Made by a program: the position numbers and the translations under genes
In this document: positions 54,973 through 64,000 of the stretch, piece after piece
Position numbering within the stretch: the stretch's first letter is position 1
Layout of the letters: the number at the start of each line of letters is the position of its first letter
Notes under the pieces: model-generated
What the model was told of the DNA's origin: nothing
Databases searched by the model: none
The model's input: the letters and a program-made list of their open reading frames with translations, nothing else
Assembly: GCA_963846565.1 (NCBI GenBank)
Contig: CAWJWL010000001.1
Coordinates: 487,013 to 551,012 of the forward strand
Direction: 5' to 3'
Source of the DNA: an uncultured Solirubrobacterales bacterium
GTDB lineage: Bacteria > Actinomycetota > Thermoleophilia > Solirubrobacterales > 70-9
DNA: 64,000 nucleotides

Positions 54973-56445
54973 TCAGCTCGCGTACGTGGTCGCGCGACTC
55001 TCGCGGATCACGGTGATCTTCACCCGTCCCGGGTACTCCATCTCCTTCTCCACCGCCGCCGCGATCTCGTGTGAGATCAGCGCCGCGCGGTCGTCGTCGA
55101 CCTCGCCCGGGTCGACGATCACCCGGATCTCGCGCCCGGCGCGCATCGCGAAGACCCGCTCGACGCCCTGGTGTCGCGAGGCGATCTCCTCGAGGTCGCG
55201 AAGCCGGGCGACATACTGCTCGAGCGCCCCGCCGCGGGCGCCCGGCCGGGCCCCGGAGACGGCGTCGGAGGCCTGCACGATCACGGCCTCGACGGTCTTC
55301 GGCTCGACCTCGTTGTGGTGAGCCTCGATCGCATGCGCGACGGCCTCGGACTCGCCGTGGCGGCGCGCAATGCGCCCGCCGACGAGCGCATGCGGCCCCT
55401 CGATCTCGTGGGAGACGGCCTTGCCGATGTCGTGCAGCAGTGCCGCCCGGCGCGAGGTCTCGACCGAGGCGCCGAGCTCCGCCGCGATCAGGCCGGCGAG
55501 GGCCGAGCACTCGACGAGGTGGTCGAGAACGTTCTGGCCGTGGCTGGTGCGGAAGCGCAGCTGCCCGAGGAGCTTCGCGAGGGCCGGGTCGAGCGCGCTC
55601 ACCCGGGCCTCGAGCGCGGCCTTCTCCCCCTCCTCGACGATCTTCGCCGCGACCTCCTCGCGGACGTGCTCATAGGTCTCCTCGATCTGCGCCGGGTGGA
55701 TGCGGCCGTCGGCGATCAACCGCTCGAGGGTCTCGCGGGCGACCTCGCGACGGACGCCGTCGAAGCTCGAGAGCAGCACGGCGGACGGGGTCTCGTCGAT
55801 GATCACGTCGACGCCGGTGAGCTTCTCCAGCGCGCGGATGTTGCGCCCGTCGCGGCCGATGATCCTCCCCTTCATCTCGTCGGAGGGGAGCTCGACGAGG
55901 CGGGTGGTCGAGTCGGCGGAGTGCTTCGCGGCCAGGCGCTGCATCGCGACCGAGAGAATGTTCCGCGCTCGGCGCTCGGACTCGATCTTCGTCTGCTCCT
56001 CGATCTCGCGCAGTCGCATGCCGGCCTGTTGCTTTGCCTCCTGCTCGACCTCGGCGACGAGCATCTGCTTCGCCTGCGTGGCGCTCAGGCCCGAGACCCG
56101 CTCGAGCTCGCGGCGCTGGACGCGCTTTGCCTGCTTCAGCTCGTCGGCCTCCTTGACCAGGTTGCGCTCGCGGTCCTCGAGCGCCTGCTGGCGGCGCTCG
56201 AGCTCGGAGCGCTGCACGGAGAGCGAATCGGCCTCGCGCAGGGCGCGCTCCTCCATCCGCGCGATCTCCTCGCGACGCGCGCGGAGCTCATCGGTGGCCG
56301 CGGATGAGTCGATCGCGGGCTCGGTGGGCGGAGGCTCGTGCTCGAGTTCTTCCGGCGCCGCGGGTGACGCCGGCGCGGCAGCTGGCACGGGGCGAGGAAC
56401 GTGGCGCTCCCGGCGCCACGGTGTCCACAGCGCGCGTTGGCTCAT
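54973..56445 (-). CDS. rny: Ribonuclease Y
   Basis: KH domain GRIIGRDGRNIRALE. HD domain LLHDIGKA. Coiled-coil N-terminal region. GGAGGAA RBS. Confidence 0.92.
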   Translation of the reverse strand: MSQRALWTPWRRERHVPRPVPAAAPASPAAPEELEHEPPPTEPAIDSSAATDELRARREEIARMEERALREADSLSVQRSELERRQQALEDRERNLVKEADELKQAKRVQRRELERVSGLSATQAKQMLVAEVEQEAKQQAGMRLREIEEQTKIESERRARNILSVAMQRLAAKHSADSTTRLVELPSDEMKGRIIGRDGRNIRALEKLTGVDVIIDETPSAVLLSSFDGVRREVARETLERLIADGRIHPAQIEETYEHVREEVAAKIVEEGEKAALEARVSALDPALAKLLGQLRFRTSHGQNVLDHLVECSALAGLIAAELGASVETSRRAALLHDIGKAVSHEIEGPHALVGGRIARRHGESEAVAHAIEAHHNEVEPKTVEAVIVQASDAVSGARPGARGGALEQYVARLRDLEEIASRHQGVERVFAMRAGREIRVIVDPGEVDDDRAALISHEIAAAVEKEMEYPGRVKITVIRESRATTYAS

Positions 56446-56728
56446 CGCTTCCTCCTCCCGGCCGCTGAGTGTCCGGCCGGCGTCGACCCGAGAACAGCTA
56501 TCCGGCGGACCTCGGTCCGCCCCGCGCCCACGTTCGCCGAGGAAGCGTTCGCCCCACTGACTGTCACCGCCGCCAACTCCGGGGCTACCGGCGGTCCCGC
56601 GTTCGTTCAGCGGCTTAGGGTCTCGCCTCCGTTGGTCTGGCCGCTCGTAGCATGTTCAAGAAGTCCGGTCTCAGCAGGTGTTTCACTTCATCAGGCGACA
56701 CGCGGCCGCTCCAGGAGAGTAGTCCCGA

Positions 56729-56752
56729 GCCGCCGAATTGGCAAGCGGCGGC
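56729..56752 (-). terminator. GC-rich hairpin just downstream of the esterase gene stop
   Basis: GCCGCCG-AATTGGCAAG-CGGCGGC with no clear U-tract. Confidence 0.3.
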
Positions 56753-56755
56753 CGC

Positions 56756-57709
56756 CTAGCGCAAGACCGCACGGTGACGCCGCAGGTACCAGAAGAGCCC
56801 GCCGCCGGCGATCAGGACGCCGGCCGCGATGGCGTACAGCGTGATGGTCGAGCCGCCGTCCTCCTCGGGGGGCGCGACCTCCGGCCGAGCAACGGCCGCG
56901 CGGCGGAGGAACTCCTTCGACGCCTCGTTGAAGGCCAAGAAGGAGTCCGCGGTCACCCAGCAATGCGCGACGGAGACCTCGTCGCCCGTTCGCAGCAGCG
57001 AGAACCGAGCCTCGCCGCCTGCATCGTTCACTGCGTCGACGAACTCGCGCTGGGCTTCGATCTCGATGTACACGTCGCAGGGCGCCGCGGCGACGAGCAC
57101 CGGAGAGACGAGCCGCTCGACGTTGTTGACCGGGCTCAGCTCGGCGAGCCGTTCCTCTCCGAACGCCTCGACCGCGAGGTTCCTGCCGGCGTCCGAGTTC
57201 GGGCGTGAGCCCCACTCCTCGAGATCGGGCGGGCCGAGGAAGTCGATCACGCAGTCGACGCTCGCGCCCCGCTTCGCCGCGACCGCGAGCGCGAGGTGGG
57301 CGCCGGCGGAGCCCCCGTACAGGCAGATCGGCTCCCCCGGCCCGAGGGTTTCGCGCAGGTGGTCGAACGCGTCGAGGGCGTCGGTCAGGCTGTCGGCTCC
57401 ACCGCGGTAGCCGAGGTTGGCGACGTCGTAACCCCAGCTCCGCACGAGCTCGATGTATTGGCCCATCACCCGGTCGGCTGCGGCGCCGAGACCGCCGTGC
57501 CAGCCGCCGCCGTGGATCATCAGCACCGTGCCCTTCGGCGCCTCGTCGGCCGGATTCAGACTGAGGTAGTAGGGCGAGCGCTTGAGAACCTCGGGCGAGG
57601 CCTGTGCGAGCGTCGCGGAGGGTGCGGCGATCGCAGCGACCGCGAGCACGAGCACGGCCGTGAGGATCCCCCGGGCGAGCGAACGGCCCGCAGAAGCGAG
57701 CGGCGGCAT
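56756..57709 (-). CDS. Exported alpha/beta hydrolase (esterase/lipase-like) with a C-terminal TM anchor
   Basis: Signal peptide, VLMIHGGGW, nucleophile GGSAGA, C-terminal LYAIAAGVLIAGGGLFWYL. Confidence 0.75.
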   Translation of the reverse strand: MPPLASAGRSLARGILTAVLVLAVAAIAAPSATLAQASPEVLKRSPYYLSLNPADEAPKGTVLMIHGGGWHGGLGAAADRVMGQYIELVRSWGYDVANLGYRGGADSLTDALDAFDHLRETLGPGEPICLYGGSAGAHLALAVAAKRGASVDCVIDFLGPPDLEEWGSRPNSDAGRNLAVEAFGEERLAELSPVNNVERLVSPVLVAAAPCDVYIEIEAQREFVDAVNDAGGEARFSLLRTGDEVSVAHCWVTADSFLAFNEASKEFLRRAAVARPEVAPPEEDGGSTITLYAIAAGVLIAGGGLFWYLRRHRAVLR

Positions 57710-57734
57710 GGCGCCCAAGTTAGCGGGGCGGGGT

Positions 57735-58229
57735 TCAGCCGCTCGCCTGGCGCTCGAACCCGCGCACCGCCTCGTAGGCGAGCTCGGAGTGGTACCCGCG
57801 ACGGGCGAGAAACGCGAGCGCCCGTCCGCGCGAGCGCTCGTCCTCGAGCGCCTCGCCTCGCCGTTCGAGTAGCGCGACCGCGCGCGCGAGGTCGTCACCG
57901 CCGTCCTCGGCCAGCGCGCGCTCGATCAGCCCGCCGCCGAGACCTCGGGCGGCGAGGGCCTCACGGATCCGTTCCGGCCCCCAGCCGCGCAGCTCGCGCT
58001 TGTCCTCGGCATAGCGACGCGCAAAACGCTCGTCGTCGAGCTCGCCGATCTCGACCAGGTGGGTGATCGCGGCCTCCACCGCCGCAGGGTCAAATCCCCG
58101 CTCGGTAAGCCACCCGGCGAGCTCTGCAGTTGTCCGCTCGCGGCGGGCGAGCGCCTCGACCGCGCGCGCGAACGCCTCCTCCGGACCCGCCGCGCTGTGC
58201 TCGCGCGCCCTGCTCGCCTCCGCTCTCAT
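57735..58229 (-). CDS. recX: Recombination regulator RecX
   Basis: Helical repeats typical of RecX (ALARRERTTAELAGWLTERGF...DDERFARRYAEDK). Directly downstream of recA. Confidence 0.88.
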   Translation of the reverse strand: MRAEASRAREHSAAGPEEAFARAVEALARRERTTAELAGWLTERGFDPAAVEAAITHLVEIGELDDERFARRYAEDKRELRGWGPERIREALAARGLGGGLIERALAEDGGDDLARAVALLERRGEALEDERSRGRALAFLARRGYHSELAYEAVRGFERQASG

Positions 58230-58239
58230 CCCCGTTGAG

Positions 58240-59401
<1,162 letters not shown>

Positions 59402-59412
<11 letters not shown>

Positions 59413-60181
59413 CTTCTGCGTCACCTTTCTGGTCCCCGTCCGGGGACGGCAAGTCAACGCCCGCAAGGAGCTCGTACTCGGCTCCGGTGGGCTTAGTTTT
59501 CGAACGGTAGAGAGCGATTCGGACAGCACCGAAGGGCTCGCCCAGCGCCCGCGGGAGCTTCTCCGGCGGTTCGGCGACCCGCTTCGGCCGCGCCTTGCCG
59601 CGCCGCTCGCCCGGGTCGGGCGGGCGCCGCTCGGAGCGCACCCGGGCAACGGTGATGTGGGGCCAGAAGGCGCGCTTCTCGGGCTTCAACAAGCCCTCCT
59701 GCCCAAGCGGCTCCGCGAGCTCCGCCTGGAGGCTCGCCGCCGCCTTGCTCTCGGCCCCGACCGCGTAGAGCTTCGGCCGCCCCCCGGGGATCGGAACCGG
59801 ATCGGGCTCGAGGCGGATCGGCACCGGGCGCGGTTGTGTCCGCTCTAGCAACTCGGTCACTCGCGCGATCGCCCGCTCCGGGTGATGGCCGAGGAAGCAG
59901 AGCGTCATGTGGAGCGCCTCGGGCTTCACCGGCCGCAGCGCCGGGTCGGCGAGCGAGCGCCGCTGCCAGGACTCGAGCCCCCGCCTGACGGCGTCGGACA
60001 GGTCGAGGGCGATGAAGAGACGTACCGGTGCTGCCTCCGAGCCGCCGTCGCGAGGCGTCCGCGGGCGCGATCGGTCGCCGGGACTCTCGCCGCTCGCCTT
60101 CTTCTGCTCGAGCCGCCGCGCCTTCTGAAACCGGGCTTGGCGGCGCCGCGCGGCGCCGCCGGCCGTGATCGTCGTTGCCAT
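59402..60181 (-). CDS. thpR: RNA 2',3'-cyclic phosphodiesterase (2H phosphoesterase, ThpR/LigT)
   Basis: Two HxT motifs, LHMTLCFLG and WPHITVARV. The 3' end overlaps the recA start by 11 nt. Long basic N-terminus, so the start is uncertain. Confidence 0.8.
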
Positions 60182-60208
60182 CGGGTCCCACGCTAGGCGG
60201 TCGAGCGG

Positions 60209-60221
60209 CGCGAATTTCGCG
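60209..60221. promoter_or_regulatory. 13-bp palindrome upstream of thpR-recA-recX
   Basis: CGCGAA-T-TTCGCG lies 28 nt upstream of the thpR ATG. Confidence 0.3.
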
Positions 60222-60290
60222 TCGATGTCGCAGGAGACGGCCAAGTCGGTGAACGAACGGACCGCGTGGTGGTTTGTGTCCGGTATGCGG

Positions 60291-61436
60291 CTACGAACCG
60301 CCACGGACCTCGGCAAGGAACGCGATCAGGTCCTCCGCCAGCAGCTCCGGCTCCTCGAAGGCGGCGAAGTGGCCGCCCCGGTCGAACTCGCTCCAGCGGC
60401 GGATGTCGCCGAGCTGGCGCTCGGTCCAGGCGCGCGGCGGGCGGACGAGCTCCTGCGGGAAGTCGGCGACGGCTGCCGGGACCGAGATCCTCTCCCCCGG
60501 CTCGAGCCGCCACGGGTCGCGGGCCTCGGCTGCGTAGAGGCGCATCGAGGACCCGATCGTGCCCGTCGCCCAGTACAGGGTGAGGAAGTCGCAGAGGTCG
60601 TCCTTGGAGAAGCGGCGCTCGACCTCGCCGTCGCAGTCGGACCAGCGGCGGTACTTGTCGACGAGCCAGGCGGCGAGGCCGACCGGCGAATCGTGGAGGC
60701 CCGGGGCCAGCGCGTCCGGCGCCGCGCCCTGCACGAGAAGGTGGAAGCCCTCCCGCATCCGCCAGCGCATGGCGCCGGCGACCCATTCCTGCTCGGCCTC
60801 GCCGAGTGGTGGCTCCGAGAGCTCCGTCGGTCGCGGGAGGACCCCCGGGCTGTTGACGTGCAGGGCCGCGACCGCATCCGGGTCATCGAACGCCATCCGC
60901 GCCGCGATCGGCGTCCCCCAGTCTCCGCCCTGGACCGCGTAGCGCTCGTAGCCGAGCGCCTCCTCCATCAGCTCACGGAAGCGGCCCGCGATGTCGTCGA
61001 CGTTGATCGGCTCGGCGGGCGCCTCGGAGAACGCGAACCCCGGCAGCGACGGGACGACGACGTCGTGTCCGGCCGCGACCAGCAGCGGGATCACGTCGAG
61101 GAACTCGATCGGCGCGCCGGGCCAGCCGTGGATCAGGAGAACCGGCAGCCTCTCCTCCGTCCCCTCCGTTCGCGGTGCCCGCTCCCAGATGAAATGGATT
61201 CCCTCCCAGCGCCAGTTCGAGAGCCCGTTCAGCGCCCGCTCGATCTGCCGCCAGTCGTAATCGCCCGCCCAGTACTCGCAGAGCTCCCGCAGATAGGCGT
61301 AGTCGCCCCCGTACTCCCAGCCGAGATCGGCGGGCTGATCGGCCCAGCGGGTCCGGCCGAGCCGCTCGCGCAACTGCTCGAGGGCCTGATCCGGGACGGC
61401 GACCTCGAACGGTTCGACCCCCGCGCCCGCCTCCAT
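60291..61436 (-). CDS. Epoxide hydrolase (EHN N-terminal domain + alpha/beta hydrolase)
   Basis: FEVAVPDQALEQLRERL, LLIHGWPG and GGDWG motifs. The ATG overlaps the cinA stop (ATGA). Confidence 0.85.
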   Translation of the reverse strand: MEAGAGVEPFEVAVPDQALEQLRERLGRTRWADQPADLGWEYGGDYAYLRELCEYWAGDYDWRQIERALNGLSNWRWEGIHFIWERAPRTEGTEERLPVLLIHGWPGAPIEFLDVIPLLVAAGHDVVVPSLPGFAFSEAPAEPINVDDIAGRFRELMEEALGYERYAVQGGDWGTPIAARMAFDDPDAVAALHVNSPGVLPRPTELSEPPLGEAEQEWVAGAMRWRMREGFHLLVQGAAPDALAPGLHDSPVGLAAWLVDKYRRWSDCDGEVERRFSKDDLCDFLTLYWATGTIGSSMRLYAAEARDPWRLEPGERISVPAAVADFPQELVRPPRAWTERQLGDIRRWSEFDRGGHFAAFEEPELLAEDLIAFLAEVRGGS

Positions 61437-62707
61437 CAGACGGGCAGCGCCTCGTCGCGGAGCAGGCGGCGGATGATCTGCATCGCGACCGTGGTCGAAC
61501 GGTCGCGGATCTCGACCCGGTCGCCCGGCATGACGATGTCGCGCTCGAGCACGGTCCCCGCGGAATCGAGGACGCACCAGCAGACGTAGCCGACCGGCTT
61601 CTCCTCGGTCCCGCCGCCGGGGCCGGCGATGCCGGTGATCGCGCAGGCGACGTCCGCGTCGAAGCGGGCGAGCGCGCCCGCCCCCATTGCCCGCGCCACC
61701 TGGGGCGAGACCGCGCCGTGCTGGGCGATCAGCGCAGCATCTACCCCGAGCAGCTCGACCTTCGCCTCGTTCGAGTAGGAGACGACGCCGCCGGCAACGT
61801 AGCCGGAGGACCCGGGGCGCTCGGTCAGACGGGCCGCCAGCAGGCCGCCGGTGCACGACTCGGCGAGCCCGATTCGGTGCCCCTGGAGCAACTCCGCGAG
61901 CTGGTCGTCGATCGTCGAGCCGTCGGTGCTGAAGACGAAGCGCTCGTAGCGCTCGACGAACTCCCTCACCAGGGCCTCCCGCTCGGCCTCGGCACCGGGG
62001 CGGTGACGGACCTCGATCTCGACCTCGCCGCGGCGCAGGCAGGTGGTGATCTCGAGCGGCGTCAGGTCGACCTTCTCCTCGATCTCCTTCAGCGACTTGG
62101 CAATCTCCGACTCGGGGACTCCGAAGAGACGGACCGTCGCGTGCTCGTAGGGCTGCACGCGGCCGAGGAGCGCTCGCCCCGCGGTCGTCGCGAGTGCCGG
62201 CTCCCACATCGCGTGGAGCTCGCGTGGCGGCCCCGGGAGGACGATCACGACAGGCCCGCCGGAGACGTCGACGACCAGGCCCGGGGCGGTGCCCGCGGGA
62301 TCGATCGTCTCGGCGCCCTCGGGGACCATCGCCTGCTTTCGGTTCGCGACCCGCAGCGCTTCGGGGTCGAAGCGCATCCGGCGCGCGAAGCCGGCGATGA
62401 TCCGGGCGATCTTCTCCTCCATCCCCTCGTCCAGGACCAGCGGGACGCCGGCGAAGCCCGCGACGACCTCGGCGGTGAGGTCGTCCGCGGTCGGGCCGAG
62501 GCCGCCGCTGGTGACGATCAGCTCGCAGCCGTCCGCGGCCATGAAGCGAAGCGCCGCCTCGAGGTCCTCGGGCCGGTCGCCGACGGTGAGGATGTGCGCC
62601 ACCTCGACGCCGAGCTCGCCGAGGCGCTGCGAGACCCAGGGCCCGTTTCGATCCGTGATCCGCGCCGTGATCACCTCTGTCCCGGTGACGAGGATCCCGG
62701 CCCTGAT
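61436..62707 (-). CDS. cinA: CinA (MoCF-binding domain + nicotinamide-nucleotide amidohydrolase PncC domain)
   Basis: TSGGLGPTADD and ESCTGG motifs. The first canonical start is GTG 62674. The conserved RAGILVTGTE is encoded upstream of it, beginning after an in-frame ATC at 62707. Confidence 0.85.
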   Translation of the reverse strand: MRAGILVTGTEVITARITDRNGPWVSQRLGELGVEVAHILTVGDRPEDLEAALRFMAADGCELIVTSGGLGPTADDLTAEVVAGFAGVPLVLDEGMEEKIARIIAGFARRMRFDPEALRVANRKQAMVPEGAETIDPAGTAPGLVVDVSGGPVVIVLPGPPRELHAMWEPALATTAGRALLGRVQPYEHATVRLFGVPESEIAKSLKEIEEKVDLTPLEITTCLRRGEVEIEVRHRPGAEAEREALVREFVERYERFVFSTDGSTIDDQLAELLQGHRIGLAESCTGGLLAARLTERPGSSGYVAGGVVSYSNEAKVELLGVDAALIAQHGAVSPQVARAMGAGALARFDADVACAITGIAGPGGGTEEKPVGYVCWCVLDSAGTVLERDIVMPGDRVEIRDRSTTVAMQIIRRLLRDEALPV

Positions 62708-62725
62708 GCGTCTCGCTGCGCTCGC

Positions 62726-63523
62726 TCATGGACAACTCCTTCCCGGCGCGGAAGCTTCGCGGACATGCGCCGGCGGCGTGATCCCGAATGCCGCGGGCCC
62801 ATCCAGGGCGGGCAGCGCCACGGCCTCGTCGCCGAGCTTCAGCCGCAGCTGCTCGCGGTCGTAGCCGGACGGAAAGCGGAGCTCCAACCGCTTCCCTCGA
62901 TACTCCTCGCGGGTCCCCGCAGCCAGCACCTGAGCGTCGATGAGGGCGTTACCCTCGCCGCCGACGAGGCAGACCTCGACCGGCGAGAGGACCACGAGCC
63001 GCATCCGGACAGTCTCCTTCTCCGGGCCCCCGGCGGCCTTCCCCCCGCGCTCGTCCCGCAGACCGGGCGGCGGCGGGTCCTCCGCAGGCGTCGGCTCGGA
63101 GTCCTCGTCGGTGAGCAGGCCGACGATCACGAGCGTGAGCACCACGGCGGCGGCGATTCCGGCCGCGATCAGCACCGCGCGCGGGCTGCGGCGCTCGCCC
63201 GCCGGGCGTCCCTCCAGCAGCCGGTCCGAGAGCGGCCCCGCGAGGCGCTCGGAACGACCCTCGACCTGCCGTCGGTACTCGTCGACGAGCTGGTCGGCGT
63301 CGAGCCCGAGGAGCTGCGCGTACGTGCGCAGGAACCCCTTTGCGTGCGAGTCGCTCGGGAGCTCCTCCCATTGCTCCTCCTCGAGCGCGCGCAGGTACTT
63401 CTCGCGGATCTTCGTCCGCTCCTCGATCAGCTTCAGGTCGAGGCCGGCGCGGGCGCGCGCGGCGATCAGAGCGTCGCCGATGCGAAGTTGACCGGGGGCG
63501 GTGAGGGGCGGCATCGGCCCCAT
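62726..63523 (-). CDS. RodZ-like HTH (HTH_25) + TM + DUF4115-like protein
   Basis: LRIGDALIAARARAGLDLKLIEERTKIREKYLRALEEEQWEELP, then a TM segment, then a C-terminal beta domain. Confidence 0.75.
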   Translation of the reverse strand: MGPMPPLTAPGQLRIGDALIAARARAGLDLKLIEERTKIREKYLRALEEEQWEELPSDSHAKGFLRTYAQLLGLDADQLVDEYRRQVEGRSERLAGPLSDRLLEGRPAGERRSPRAVLIAAGIAAAVVLTLVIVGLLTDEDSEPTPAEDPPPPGLRDERGGKAAGGPEKETVRMRLVVLSPVEVCLVGGEGNALIDAQVLAAGTREEYRGKRLELRFPSGYDREQLRLKLGDEAVALPALDGPAAFGITPPAHVREASAPGRSCP

Positions 63524-63538
63524 TGTGCCGATGGCGGG

Positions 63539-64000
63539 CTAGCTTGCGGGCTGGAGATCGGTGTCGGTGGGCGTCTCGGCGCCCGCGGACTCCGGCTCGG
63601 GAGCGCCCTCGACGATCCCGTCGGCGAAGCGCTCGAGCAGCCGCGGCAGCTCGGACTGCGAGACCAGCACCTGGCGCGGTTTGGACCCCTCGTAGCCGGA
63701 GATGATCCCGCGCCGCTCGAGCATGTCGATCAGCCTTCCGGCGCGGGTGTAGCCAACCCGCAGGCGGCGCTGGATCATCGAGACGGAGGCCGTCTCGGAC
63801 TCGACCACGATCCGGGCCGCGTCCGCGAGCAGGTCGTCCTGGTCCGGCGAGAACTCCCCTTCGACGCCCTCCTCGGGCTCGGGCTCCTTCGCCTCCAGCA
63901 GCTCCTGGTCGAACTCGGGCTCACCCTGCTTGGCCCAGTGGCGGCAGATGCGGGCGATCTCCTCCTCGCTGACGAACGCCCCCTGGATCCGGTGAAGCTT
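63539..64000 (-). CDS. ftsK: DNA translocase FtsK/SpoIIIE, C-terminal part (5' end lies outside the window)
   Basis: Gamma-domain winged helix SVSMIQRRLRVGYTRAGRLIDMLERRGII. The frame stays open to the window edge. Confidence 0.9.
   Translation of the reverse strand, partial: KLHRIQGAFVSEEEIARICRHWAKQGEPEFDQELLEAKEPEPEEGVEGEFSPDQDDLLADAARIVVESETASVSMIQRRLRVGYTRAGRLIDMLERRGIISGYEGSKPRQVLVSQSELPRLLERFADGIVEGAPEPESAGAETPTDTDLQPAS

Noticed and set aside
59413-59530. LexA/SOS box upstream of recA (TTCGAACGGTAGAGAGCGATTCGG).
   Set aside because: It is only an imperfect, wrongly spaced half-site match to TCGAAC-N4-GTTCGA, and it lies inside the thpR coding sequence.
61437-62735. Upstream 433 aa of ORF 60291..62735.
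   Set aside because: It overlaps cinA in another frame and is Arg-rich. The epoxide hydrolase starts at MEAGAGVEPFEV.

Overview
High-GC actinobacterial-type chromosomal core segment. The class (Thermoleophilia/Rubrobacteria-like) is only inferred from gene content and composition. About 80 tightly packed genes lie on both strands. The backbone is the conserved ftsK / rodZ-like / cinA / thpR / recA / recX ... rny ... miaB / miaA / dapF ... hflX / dut neighbourhood. Also present: ispG, proS, pgsA, nadE, a small coiled-coil protein + FHA + MerR module, a SigB/F-type sigma factor with a convergent RsbW-like kinase, a NarL-type two-component pair, a lipid-kinase / murT / methyltransferase / gatD operon, a membrane-protein + glutamate decarboxylase pair, and many secreted hydrolases. 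I found no rRNA, tRNA, CRISPR array, transposase or integrase. Many long ORFs in the track are antisense or arginine-rich artefacts of the high GC content. Five observations stand out. (1) A 2.4 kb block (about 35.48-37.85 kb) in which three consecutive genes change reading frame about 17 times while the flanking genes are intact. (2) If those shifts are errors, a four-gene ATGA-coupled operon with a SAM methyltransferase wedged between murT and gatD. (3) An orphan strong intrinsic terminator inside the 370-nt leader of the sigma-factor gene, next to a partner-switching kinase that looks like a kinase/pseudokinase tandem and has no STAS partner nearby. (4) A 91-aa protein carrying an RsiG-like ExxxSxxRxxxHxxxD signature beside FHA and MerR genes. 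(5) An AT-rich three-way-junction RNA candidate upstream of the membrane-protein/glutamate-decarboxylase pair. All functional calls rest on motif recognition by eye. No database search was run.
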